A DNA stretch of 64,000 nt, taken from IMG/VR virus record IMGVR_UViG_3300032020_000002; one strand, given 5' to 3'. Positions 18,706-27,604 of this stretch are shown here, one piece after another; position 1 is the first letter of the stretch; every line of letters starts with the position of its first letter. The translations under genes were made by a program, and so were the position numbers. Origin of the DNA: a virus. The notes beneath the pieces were generated by a model. The model was given only the letters and a program-made list of their open reading frames with translations. It was not told the DNA's origin and did not search any database.

Positions 18706-18914
18706 TGGGCGATACGACAGCTTATCTGCGAACAAGGTCTCAAGTTGTGGACAGGGGAATAGACATCCGTTCTTATGCAACTGTCAGCGATTCTGATAAT
18801 GATGTTGCGCTGAAGGTCGCTGTGGCAGGCGTGGTCGGGCAGGCTTCCGAACACATAGCGGTCAGACACGCACACAACCTTAAACAGCCTTATGCTTGGG
18901 GGAAGCAGTGGTAA
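18706..18914 (+). CDS. hypothetical protein in GC-rich block
   Basis: GC ~50% vs ~35% elsewhere; ATG within track ORF 18627. Confidence 0.45.
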
Positions 18915-18916
18915 AT

Positions 18917-19123
18917 ATGCCAGTTTCAATAAGGGTAAAGGAAGGGGGCAGTTCTGGTTCAGCCGAAAGCACCCGCACTTACCAGATAGATGGGGATATA
19001 AATTATAGGCGTAGCGCAGTCCCCACTCTTGCAAGATTGTCGCAAGCCGTTGAGCATAATATGGATTTTTACAGGGAGAAGGTCGCAAGGGATAGGATTG
19101 AAGCCATGCGGGGTGTTATGTAA
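18917..19123 (+). CDS. hypothetical protein in GC-rich block
   Basis: ATG 18917 after TAA 18912-14. Confidence 0.45.
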   Translation: MPVSIRVKEGGSSGSAESTRTYQIDGDINYRRSAVPTLARLSQAVEHNMDFYREKVARDRIEAMRGVM

Positions 19124-19503
19124 TGAGCGGAGGATGGTTCGATGCTTTCAAGGGGTTTGCTTTCCAAGGCAAGGGAGTCAAGATAGCCACTAATGCAGAC
19201 GGCTCGAAGGTTTGGGTCGAGAGGGAAGGCGAGACGCATATACTATCTGCTACCGAGAGAGCCATGCTCGTTGACACTGCGAGGGATATGGGAGCAGTTC
19301 TTGTTGACCCAGATGGCGTTTACAGGGATTCGGTCAGGTTTGAAGCGCATCTTGAAAGTCAGAGTGCGGATGTTCATTATCGTGCCAATATTCATAGTGA
19401 CTTTTTCGGCGGTGCTTACAACGAGCGAACCTACAGGGAGATGCAACAGAACATCGCCGACAAGGAACGGGAAGAACTGGCTAAAGTGGGGAGGCGTGGC
19501 TAA
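19123..19503 (+). CDS. hypothetical protein in GC-rich block
   Basis: ATGA overlap. Confidence 0.5.
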   Translation: MSGGWFDAFKGFAFQGKGVKIATNADGSKVWVEREGETHILSATERAMLVDTARDMGAVLVDPDGVYRDSVRFEAHLESQSADVHYRANIHSDFFGGAYNERTYREMQQNIADKEREELAKVGRRG

Positions 19504-19737
19504 ATGACTGATGATAAGCAGGTCGAATGCTGGGTTAGCACCCATGCGTCATTGCCGAGGTATGTCAAACCAGATGAACGCTATCCTGCTGATGTGACCA
19601 CCCATGCGGTAGCGAGAGGCGATACTGCCGTTGACAGAAGTGTAGCTTCCCAAATGGCAGGGCAGATAGGTAGCGGTCACGGCATTGGGGCTTTCCAATA
19701 CCTGTCCGATATGAAAAGGCATAAGGATAATGAGTGA
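19504..19737 (+). CDS. hypothetical protein in GC-rich block
   Basis: TAAATG junction. Confidence 0.45.
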   Translation: MTDDKQVECWVSTHASLPRYVKPDERYPADVTTHAVARGDTAVDRSVASQMAGQIGSGHGIGAFQYLSDMKRHKDNE

Positions 19738-19993
19738 TATGGGCGACACGGTAACTTTCAGAAGGCATCTGCACCTCGATTCATCACCACAGGGAGAATT
19801 AGTGCCGACTTTCTGCTCGGAATATGTTTCATACGGCAGGCATCATTTCTACACGGACACCAATATGAAACCGCCAACAAATGAAGAACTGTTTTCAAGA
19901 TACCCGCTTGACTTCATTGGCTACATAGGGGCATGGGTTTCCAGCTTCACAAAGAAACTGTGGAGAAAAAGGCAAGCCACCGATGGGATTTGA
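19730..19993 (+). CDS. hypothetical protein in GC-rich block (3' end overlaps tRNA)
   Basis: ORF track; overlap with tRNA makes 3' end uncertain. Confidence 0.35.
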   Translation: MSDMGDTVTFRRHLHLDSSPQGELVPTFCSEYVSYGRHHFYTDTNMKPPTNEELFSRYPLDFIGYIGAWVSSFTKKLWRKRQATDGI

Positions 19994-20060
19994 ACCCACG
20001 ACCTTTCGCTTTCCTGAATAATATACAGGGCGATTGCTCTTTCCGTTGAGCTACGGTGGC
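19975..20060 (-). tRNA. tRNA with ~13-nt intron-like insertion in anticodon arm; isotype unresolved
   Basis: Reverse complement reads GCCACCG-TA-GCTCAACGGAAAGAGC-...-GTGGGTTCAAATCCCAT-CGGTGGC-T: perfect acceptor, D and T arms. Confidence 0.65.
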
Positions 20061-20069
20061 AGAAACAGA

Positions 20070-20195
20070 TGGCGGAGAAGGGAATCGAACCCTTTTTGGG
20101 ACTAACCCACAGATTTCTCATAAAGAGTTTGAGTTTCAACCTTAACCAGACAACAAGTCTTTAAGTCTGTCGCATCTCCAACCTGCCCCCCCGCC
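20070..20195 (-). tRNA. long (~126 nt) tRNA-like gene, probably type II (Leu/Ser class) with intron(s)
   Basis: Reverse complement has GGCGGGG...AAGGGTTCGATTCCCTT-CTCCGCC-A (acceptor and T-arm); internal structure unresolved. Confidence 0.45.
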
Positions 20196-20486
20196 TTCGG
20201 AGTAAGAACCAATGCATAGCGTTTAGCATAACGCTAAAACGCTTGTCGTGGTGGTGAGCAAGTGTGCCATTTTCATCACAATTTTGGAGAGGGGCTATTC
20301 GCCCCAACTCCTATTTCATTTAACCAAACTACGAAGCAAAGGTTAACCTTTCTATTAATTATTATTATTTTGGCAGTTAAATTTAAATATCATTGCATTA
20401 CAATTTACTTATGCGCTGTCCATTGTGCTACGGCAAAAACTCCACTATGTAGGCTCTGACGAAGGGCTGGATAGTGGGGTGATTAG

Positions 20487-20747
20487 TTGAAGAAAATAGG
20501 AATGTCGTATTCAGATGGAGAAAAGCACATACAAGCGGACAACTTCTTGCCAAAAGAAAAACTCCGTGAACTATTTCCTGACGCAGAATATGTAACCCTC
20601 TCAATAACCATGAGAAGAAGGAGATATGCGAGGAAATCAGGCGGAGACGAAGAAGGTGGCAAGAAGAGGCAAAAGAAAAAGAAAAAAAGGTCATATGGAC
20701 TGTCCAGAGAAAAAATAACAATCAAGAATAAGGCAATCCATCTATAA
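20487..20747 (+). CDS. small basic protein
   Basis: ORF track. Confidence 0.4.
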   Translation: MKKIGMSYSDGEKHIQADNFLPKEKLRELFPDAEYVTLSITMRRRRYARKSGGDEEGGKKRQKKKKKRSYGLSREKITIKNKAIHL

Positions 20748-20752
20748 AAATA

Positions 20753-20776
20753 GTAACCTTTATAAATCTTGTTGCT
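20753..20776 (+). promoter_or_regulatory. BRE/TATA promoter AGTAACCTTTATAAATCTT
   Basis: ~25 bp upstream of ATG 20789; same motif as 817 and 22144. Confidence 0.55.
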
Positions 20777-20788
20777 AAAAAAATAGTC

Positions 20789-21007
20789 ATGGCTCGAAAG
20801 AAGAAAAATGAAATCACATCATACCAGTTGTTTTTCTTCATTATTTTCGCCTTTTTTGTGGTAGGCATAGCTGTGGCTCTGATTGACAGGGCAAGAATAA
20901 TGGCGGTAATCCTTGTCATTTTATTGGCATTAAATTTTGCACTTTTTAAAATTGGAGGTAAATATGGCAACAGCAGAAGAATTCAACCCATTAAGAACCG
21001 CCGTTAA
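20789..21007 (+). CDS. small membrane protein
   Basis: two TM helices. Confidence 0.5.
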   Translation: MARKKKNEITSYQLFFFIIFAFFVVGIAVALIDRARIMAVILVILLALNFALFKIGGKYGNSRRIQPIKNRR

Positions 21008-21845
21008 AACAGTGGCTTTTCTGCTTGTTATTGGCGTTGTTGCTTCCCTTGTTTTCGGAAGCATAGCGGTGATACCAGCAGGACACAGGGGCGTATTATT
21101 GACTTGGGGTAAAGTGGAAGACAGGATACTCGGAGAAGGAATAAGCACCATTACACCATTTTTGAATCAGGCGGTGCTGATGTCTGTCCAGACAATGAAA
21201 TATTCGGCAAAGGCGAGTTCCGCTTCCGCAGACCTTCAGATAGTAACCACCGAAGTGACCCTAAACTACCACATAGACCCTGCACAAGTGAACAGAATAT
21301 ACCAGCAATTGACTGTGGCTTACGAAGACAGGGTTATATCACCCGCAATTCAGGAAGCGGTAAAAGCCTCGACAGCCGAATTTACAGCAGAGGAACTGAT
21401 AACAAAAAGACCCATGATTAAAGAGGCAATAGAAACAGCATTAAAAGAAAAGTTAGTGAATCATGGAATAATCGTGGAAAGCGTCTTTTTGACCGATTTC
21501 AAATTCAGTCCAGAGTTCGAGACGGCAATAGAGTCGAAGGTTACTGCACAACAGCTTGCACAGAAAGCAGAAAACGACCTAAAGAGAATAAAGGTCGAGG
21601 CAGAACAGGTGATAGCACAAGCAAACGGAACGGCAACTGCAAAGCTGACAATAGCCACAGCAGAGGCACAGGCAATCAAACTACAGGGTGAGGCATTAAG
21701 ATTAAACCCCGAAGTAATTCGTCTCCGTGCAGTGGAGAAATGGACGGGATTAATGCCACAATATCTCATAATGGGTAGCGGACAAGATAACGGTCTTGCT
21801 GGACTCATTTTGAATATGCCCACGCCACAAAAAGAAGGGGGGTAA
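20964..21845 (+). CDS. SPFH/band-7 (stomatin/prohibitin-like) membrane protein
   Basis: N-terminal TM then AVIPAGHRGVLLTWGKV...; SD TGGAGGTAAAT upstream of ATG 20964. Confidence 0.75.
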   Translation: MATAEEFNPLRTAVKTVAFLLVIGVVASLVFGSIAVIPAGHRGVLLTWGKVEDRILGEGISTITPFLNQAVLMSVQTMKYSAKASSASADLQIVTTEVTLNYHIDPAQVNRIYQQLTVAYEDRVISPAIQEAVKASTAEFTAEELITKRPMIKEAIETALKEKLVNHGIIVESVFLTDFKFSPEFETAIESKVTAQQLAQKAENDLKRIKVEAEQVIAQANGTATAKLTIATAEAQAIKLQGEALRLNPEVIRLRAVEKWTGLMPQYLIMGSGQDNGLAGLILNMPTPQKEGG

Positions 21846-21847
21846 AC

Positions 21848-22141
21848 ATGGACATTACCCTCCTTTTTCTTTTATTTTTTGGAATTTTTGGTTGGTTTAT
21901 GTGGAAAACTGATTTCGAGCATCCCATAGCTGGAATAACAATTTTTATCATAATTCTTACAGTGTTGACAACAATTTCCCCACAAGTTTTTGTTTTATCA
22001 TCTATTTTCAACAGCACTTGGGAAGAGAATTCCACGCAAAACCTCACGCAGAATCATACGCCGAATCCTTATTTGACCAATCTGACGCAACCAAATATAA
22101 TAGAAGCGAAAGAGCCTTGGTCAAATGACTGGCTAAAATGA
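21848..22141 (+). CDS. small membrane protein (possible SPFH partner)
   Basis: two TM helices; immediately downstream of SPFH gene. Confidence 0.45.
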   Translation: MDITLLFLLFFGIFGWFMWKTDFEHPIAGITIFIIILTVLTTISPQVFVLSSIFNSTWEENSTQNLTQNHTPNPYLTNLTQPNIIEAKEPWSNDWLK

Positions 22142-22143
22142 TA

Positions 22144-22160
22144 GTAACCTTTATAAATTT
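22144..22160 (+). promoter_or_regulatory. BRE/TATA promoter AGTAACCTTTATAAATTT
   Basis: upstream of ATG 22179. Confidence 0.55.
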
Positions 22161-22178
22161 GAAAGCTATTTTAATAGT

Positions 22179-22331
22179 ATGGAAGAAAAGAAAACCCTTT
22201 TTTTGAAGTATAAATGCCCATATTGCGGTGCGGTCAATGTCACCAAAAAGCAGAATCCTCTTCAGTGTCCGAAATGCCACACCAAATACAAAAAAAAGAA
22301 GCCTGAAGTGATAAGGACAGTGGAAGTGTGA
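22179..22331 (+). CDS. small zinc-ribbon protein (CPYCGA...CPKCH)
   Basis: hand-translated 50 aa. Confidence 0.45.
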   Translation: MEEKKTLFLKYKCPYCGAVNVTKKQNPLQCPKCHTKYKKKKPEVIRTVEV

Positions 22332-22720
22332 ATTACTTCCGAATCAAAGAAATATTGAAAGAGAAGGACATTTTGAACAATGGGCGTGATTTCAAATATG
22401 GTTATAATCGCACAAAATTTCACAGTAAGTATGAAGGAATTGGGCATTTCATATCAAAGGCAATGCTTTCATTCCTGATTTTCAGCAAGAAAGGAGACGG
22501 AGTTGTCACGGAGTGCGAAATGAGCAATGGAAGGGTCATAGATATACTCGCAATTACAAAAAGTGGGAATTTAATCGGTTACGAGCTAAACAACACAAAA
22601 CCAGACAAATTGGAAGTAAAAGGAGTGGATACCGTTGACATACCGCTTGAGGAGATGCCAAGTGAAGCTAAAATAGGTCTGCTGGCACTTAAAAAATGGC
22701 TTGAGGAATACATGGTGTGA
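22328..22720 (+). CDS. hypothetical protein, possible PD-(D/E)xK nuclease fold
   Basis: GRVIDILAITKSGNLIGYELNN segment; GTG start. Confidence 0.35.
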   Translation: MNYFRIKEILKEKDILNNGRDFKYGYNRTKFHSKYEGIGHFISKAMLSFLIFSKKGDGVVTECEMSNGRVIDILAITKSGNLIGYELNNTKPDKLEVKGVDTVDIPLEEMPSEAKIGLLALKKWLEEYMV

Positions 22721-22724
22721 TGAT

Positions 22725-23042
22725 ATGAAAATAAAGCAAATTGACTATTCCGAACTGAAAAGCATAGAAGGGACTTTCAACAATGTCAGAATAGGCATGA
22801 TAGCAGAATTGCAGAAAGGGGAAGACCCAGATGCCGTCATGGTCAACCTGAAAAATAAGGTGAGGGAGGAAATAGCCAAAGTCGTTTTCGATGGCAACTG
22901 GAAAATTCACGAATATAACCAGCAATACGATAAGCTGAAAGAGGATGTAAAATCACTCAAGGAAATCAAGGACACACTTGAGAAGGAAATCTCTGAACTA
23001 AAAGTTGTCAAAAATTACTTCAAAAATAAAGTGAAAAAATGA
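22725..23042 (+). CDS. coiled-coil small protein
   Basis: ATG within track ORF 22701. Confidence 0.45.
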   Translation: MKIKQIDYSELKSIEGTFNNVRIGMIAELQKGEDPDAVMVNLKNKVREEIAKVVFDGNWKIHEYNQQYDKLKEDVKSLKEIKDTLEKEISELKVVKNYFKNKVKK

Positions 23043-23296
23043 ACACATTTGAAAAATTTGGAATAGCCATCGGACTTTCCTTAATCATTACCTGCCTCTT
23101 TGAGATTTATTTCATTTACACGCTTTACATAAATGCGGATTATGTCAAGTGCAACTGGCTGTGGTGCGACTTCGTGACGCAAACTGGTGAAATAATCATA
23201 AACCAGACCATGACAAAGACCTGCTATCTTGATGGTGTTCAAGTGAATTGTTCAGAGCTAAAAGATGCAGGTGCTACTGATGGCTGGCGAACTTGA
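23039..23296 (+). CDS. small membrane Cys-rich protein
   Basis: N-terminal TM. Confidence 0.45.
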   Translation: MNTFEKFGIAIGLSLIITCLFEIYFIYTLYINADYVKCNWLWCDFVTQTGEIIINQTMTKTCYLDGVQVNCSELKDAGATDGWRT

Positions 23297-23380
23297 CGCT
23301 TGGGTGATGTTTTATGTTTATGCATTGCTTATAATGTCATTGTGTGCTTTAATTGCATTATATAAACTTGGGGTGATTAA

Positions 23381-23806
23381 ATGAAATTCAATAGGAGAAT
23401 GAATATCGCTAACCGATGGCAAAATGTGGAACTTTCAGACGAGGAAGTGGATAAAGCTATCGAAGAGCTTCTGGAAAAAAATTACATACAACTTAAACTA
23501 TGTATGCAAAAAGTTTCCGAGCTTGATTTAAGCGATGACCAAAAGATAGAATTGGCAACAGCGTTGTTCAACAGTTCGTCAATAGCCTGCTACACCATGC
23601 TGGGCAGTAAAATCGAAGAAAAAGCGTCAGAAATAAAAGGCGGAAAACCATACAAGCCAGTCCAGCCTGAAACCATCAAAAAGGCAGAGGAAGTCGCTGA
23701 AAAGAAACTTTCTGAAAAGCCCGAAATAGAAGAAGAGCATGAGCCATCACTGATAGATGTGGCGTTTTCGCAAATAAATGACGGAAAAATGCGAACAGGG
23801 TCTTGA
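23381..23806 (+). CDS. acidic hypothetical protein
   Basis: ORF track. Confidence 0.5.
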   Translation: MKFNRRMNIANRWQNVELSDEEVDKAIEELLEKNYIQLKLCMQKVSELDLSDDQKIELATALFNSSSIACYTMLGSKIEEKASEIKGGKPYKPVQPETIKKAEEVAEKKLSEKPEIEEEHEPSLIDVAFSQINDGKMRTGS

Positions 23807-23836
23807 GAAACTCGAAAATGATAAGAAGGGGAAGGG

Positions 23837-24076
23837 ATGCGGACAAGAGAGTTCAGTAAATCGTGCAGATTCAGGTATAACGAGTTCAGGACAGGCGATA
23901 CAAGAAAGGGGGCAGGCGAACACACCATCTATGATAGATGCCTACTGATAAAAACTGGCAACAGCAAATGCCTTTTTATGGACTGCACACATCAGGATTG
24001 CCCACTTTCAACCGAAAAGAAACACAAAGTAAAGGGAGGAACTGCAAGATTCAAAGGGAAACATAGAAATAATTAA
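23837..24076 (+). CDS. small basic Cys-containing protein
   Basis: ORF track. Confidence 0.4.
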   Translation: MRTREFSKSCRFRYNEFRTGDTRKGAGEHTIYDRCLLIKTGNSKCLFMDCTHQDCPLSTEKKHKVKGGTARFKGKHRNN

Positions 24077-24100
24077 TAATGCATTACCATCCTTTTTATA
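24070..24100 (+). promoter_or_regulatory. promoter class 2: GCATTACCA box + TTTTTATATT
   Basis: AAACGCATTACCAAC-TATA motif also at 26655, 27565, 45647, 47248, 47685. Confidence 0.45.
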
Positions 24101-24121
24101 TTCTCCGATTGAATTAATTTT

Positions 24122-26653
24122 ATGAACAAGACGATTTTTTTAGTTTTAGTTATATTTTTAGCTTTCATTCCGTTTGCAGGCGCAGTCCCAAGCCCCTATT
24201 TCGTATCCCCGACACCAAATAATATGACAACTGTTAACGGTGCTAAATATTTTTTAATAAATGTCAGCGATGCTGGAACAATCTCTTCATGCATTTTGAC
24301 CAATTCCACTGGCGGAATATCGCCAGCCAATTATTCAATGACAGTAGATGCAAGTGGAACATACTGCTACATAAATCTCACTACAATTTATTCCCCAATT
24401 GATTATCAGGTTTATGTCAATGACGGGGTGAATACAAACGCAACCGAGTATAGAACAGCTTCACCATTTTTCTGCGGTGTTGTTGATAGGGCGCATTCCA
24501 TTTGGATTCTTGACCGTGATTACAATTGCACTGGTGTTGGTTTCATTATCACCAGCTATTCAATTCTTAATGGCAGAGGTCATTATGTTGATAGCACAAG
24601 CTATACTATGCAGACAAATGGTGAATCTTGGTTCGGCGCATCAACTTGGTTCAATTCGCTTGTCTATAACATCACTCTTTATAATGGCATTGCATCTTCA
24701 AGCAATGCTTTCCCTCAAGGATATAGCCAAATAATCAATTCCACAATTTACTCTGATAGTCATGGGACTGCGAGAAGCAGGTTTGGGACTTATAGCATGA
24801 CCCCGATGTTGCAGAATGTTGTGCTTTATGGATACATTTATGATGATTTGTCTGGTAGTGATATTGTTATCAGAAATGTGACTGCCATATCCACATCGCC
24901 ATTGGGATTTCCAACATTTGAAGTTTCGGCATTAGCAAACAACGAACTTTATATTTATGATTCAACAATTTTTGGAGCTTTGAAAAGTTATGGCGCTCTT
25001 TTTGTTGATAAAGTCATATTGAATGGAATGGGTCGCAGTTGGTGTATCCAGTTTGGCTTTCAAGGATATATTGTCCAGTCGGCTACAAATTCAATAATTT
25101 TCAACTGCACTCTCGCATTTGTCGGGGGAACAGACGGTTCATGGTCAGGCAACACCATCAATTCCACTATAGGCGCTGATTTCATTGATAGCTCATTTAG
25201 TGGAATTTTTAATGACAACAAGTTCGGAACTAACAACATACTCGCAATGGGCAGTAGAAGCGATGCTGGGTGTTTTTTCGTATCGAATCCAATAAATAAC
25301 ACACAAGACGGTTTCGCCGACCCGATTATGGTAAGGACTTCAGCCCCGCTTAATTGCACCAATATCAATGGAGGAAATCCTGCACAAGTGTTGCTTTTTA
25401 CTGGCTGTCCTTACATAGGCGTGAAAAATGTCAACACGAAAACAATCCTCATCCACAGGAACAATGCCACGATAGAGAACGCCAATATGCAATATTTTTT
25501 CGACACTAACCAATACTCCTATGGGACTAACAGCCTCGTCAACAATTCCGTCATAAGCAATTACGCCAACCTTACTTATTCGAGGAACATCACATTACTC
25601 AATGTCACAGTCCCAGTCATAAATAATATAGGTAACAATTCCCAATATTACAGGAAATGGTATGTAGTTTACAGGGTCGTTGACGCTGACGGCTATCCGA
25701 TAAGCGCAGACACAATCAACATAAAAAATGTGTTCGCAACACAAGTTTACTCCTCAACCAATAAGATTACAGAAGCCACACCACAGACGCAGTATTATGA
25801 TGACAAGGGAAGCGTAACGACATACGAGCCTTACAACATATCTGGAACGAAAGCTGGCTATGTGCCGAATTATACAAGTGGAATAACTTTTTCAAGCGAT
25901 GCACACCCGATTTTACAGCTATCAAAAATACCAACAATAACCATACATTCACCGATTTCAAGAAAATATGCAAAATATGTCATTGATTTGAATGTTTCGG
26001 CGGATACGATTATCAATACTTGGTGGCATAACATCAACAACACGGCAAATGTGACTTTCACTCCCAATAGCACAATCAATCTTACGAGCATGGGCGATGG
26101 CGAATATACTGTTTATGTGTATGCCAATGGAACGACAGGAATACAGAACTATTCAAAGGTCTATTTCACAGTTGACACCACAAGACCTCTCGTTTTTATC
26201 ACTTCTCCAACTAACGGAACAGTAATTGATTTAATAGAAAGCGGAGCAAAAGATGTAAGCATAATAGGAATCGGCGAAAACATACACCTCGACAGCGTTT
26301 GGACATCCAACCCAGATTTCGGTGCGAATCTTGGCACTTCTGAAAACTGGAAATTCACATATTCAAACACACCAGACGGAAGCTATTCAATAACAATTTA
26401 TGTCAATGACACATATGGAAACATAGGCGAAGCGGAAGTCAATTTCGTGGTAAAAAGCCTTTTCGTAAGGGGAAATGCGTTATTTGGTGGAATAATTCCC
26501 CTCATAATAGCCCTCGGATTAATCTTTTCACTTATATCGTTATTCGTTTCCACCAATCTCGAAAATCCAAAAGATTATTTCGTTGAAATTGTCGGAACAA
26601 TATTATTATTGATGGTTGTCGCTTCAGCTTTAGTGGTGTATTTCACTTTCTAA
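24122..26653 (+). CDS. giant surface glycoprotein-like protein (signal peptide, N-x-S/T-rich ectodomain, C-terminal TM anchor)
   Basis: N-terminal hydrophobic leader, dozens of NxS/T sequons, C-terminal GGIIPLIIALGLIFSLISLFV. Confidence 0.7.
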   Translation: MNKTIFLVLVIFLAFIPFAGAVPSPYFVSPTPNNMTTVNGAKYFLINVSDAGTISSCILTNSTGGISPANYSMTVDASGTYCYINLTTIYSPIDYQVYVNDGVNTNATEYRTASPFFCGVVDRAHSIWILDRDYNCTGVGFIITSYSILNGRGHYVDSTSYTMQTNGESWFGASTWFNSLVYNITLYNGIASSSNAFPQGYSQIINSTIYSDSHGTARSRFGTYSMTPMLQNVVLYGYIYDDLSGSDIVIRNVTAISTSPLGFPTFEVSALANNELYIYDSTIFGALKSYGALFVDKVILNGMGRSWCIQFGFQGYIVQSATNSIIFNCTLAFVGGTDGSWSGNTINSTIGADFIDSSFSGIFNDNKFGTNNILAMGSRSDAGCFFVSNPINNTQDGFADPIMVRTSAPLNCTNINGGNPAQVLLFTGCPYIGVKNVNTKTILIHRNNATIENANMQYFFDTNQYSYGTNSLVNNSVISNYANLTYSRNITLLNVTVPVINNIGNNSQYYRKWYVVYRVVDADGYPISADTINIKNVFATQVYSSTNKITEATPQTQYYDDKGSVTTYEPYNISGTKAGYVPNYTSGITFSSDAHPILQLSKIPTITIHSPISRKYAKYVIDLNVSADTIINTWWHNINNTANVTFTPNSTINLTSMGDGEYTVYVYANGTTGIQNYSKVYFTVDTTRPLVFITSPTNGTVIDLIESGAKDVSIIGIGENIHLDSVWTSNPDFGANLGTSENWKFTYSNTPDGSYSITIYVNDTYGNIGEAEVNFVVKSLFVRGNALFGGIIPLIIALGLIFSLISLFVSTNLENPKDYFVEIVGTILLLMVVASALVVYFTF

Positions 26654-26654
26654 A

Positions 26655-26690
26655 TGCATTACCAACTTTTAAATATCATTTCAGTAATAT
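26655..26690 (+). promoter_or_regulatory. promoter class 2 (AAATGCATTACCAACTTTTAAATA)
   Basis: upstream of ATG 26698. Confidence 0.45.
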
Positions 26691-26697
26691 TAATCAC

Positions 26698-27561
26698 ATG
26701 ATTAAGATTTTCATATTGGCAATTATAGCCTGTCTTTTAATTTCTTTAGGCACGGCAAGTGCAATCCCTTATAAAGACAAGGACATACAGAAAATAGAAT
26801 TCGTTCACTATAAGGATGTCAAAAATGCCAAATCGACACCGCAAGCAGTTGAAAAGTGCTATAAAACCCTCGGATACAAATGGGGCGTTTTGCCAGTAAG
26901 TTATATGATAAATCCGATAAACCCTGATGGTTTAAGCGACAATTTCATAAAATCGGCGATTGTCAGTTCCACCGAGACTTGGGATATTGCAGTCACCAGC
27001 AACCTATTCCACGATTATCCGAGCATCAGCTATTTAGTCAGTTATGGCGTTCAGGACTTCAACAATGCAATCGTATTCGGAGATTATCCAGACAACAATG
27101 TTATAGCAGTAACAAGCCTGTGGGTCACATCAAAAAAGAAGCAGATTGTAGAATTCGACATAAAATTCAATACGAGGTTCAAATGGGGCGATGCGACAAA
27201 CCCGCCTACGAACACATCCTGCACACAGTGGGAACAGCAATGCCAGTGGTTGTATGATGAGTGCGCAAAATGGGACAATATAACTTATGAGAACGGAACA
27301 GTTGAGGAAATATGCGTTGAATGGCAACCCGTCTGTTGGGATTGGCAGGATGTCTGCGTAAACTGGCAAACTGACATAATTCCAGTAATGGATTTGCAGA
27401 ACATAGCGACACATGAACTCGGTCACGCAGTGGGTCTCGATGACATTTACACTTCAACTTGTTCAGAAGTTACCATGTATGGATACTCAACTTACATGGA
27501 AACCAAAAAGAGGACACTTGAACAGCCCGACATCAAAGGGATTTCGGGCATTTACCCATAA
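26698..27561 (+). CDS. secreted metzincin-type zinc metalloprotease
   Basis: signal peptide; HELGHAVGLDD zinc-binding motif followed by Met-turn-like TMYGY. Confidence 0.7.
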   Translation: MIKIFILAIIACLLISLGTASAIPYKDKDIQKIEFVHYKDVKNAKSTPQAVEKCYKTLGYKWGVLPVSYMINPINPDGLSDNFIKSAIVSSTETWDIAVTSNLFHDYPSISYLVSYGVQDFNNAIVFGDYPDNNVIAVTSLWVTSKKKQIVEFDIKFNTRFKWGDATNPPTNTSCTQWEQQCQWLYDECAKWDNITYENGTVEEICVEWQPVCWDWQDVCVNWQTDIIPVMDLQNIATHELGHAVGLDDIYTSTCSEVTMYGYSTYMETKKRTLEQPDIKGISGIYP

Positions 27562-27604
27562 ACGCATTACCAACTTATTTAAATAAAGGGAGCAAAAGAA
27601 TACT

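Noticed and set aside
18537-19088. 183-aa minus-strand ORF
   Set aside because: It is antisense to a coherent operon of + strand genes in the GC-rich block, and GC-rich DNA generates long spurious antisense ORFs.
24477-26370. Several 60-100 aa ORFs on both strands inside the 24122..26653 glycoprotein gene (also 27821-30249 and 39389-44400 inside the other giant genes)
   Set aside because: They are shadow ORFs of long, clearly coding genes with signal peptides and TM anchors.
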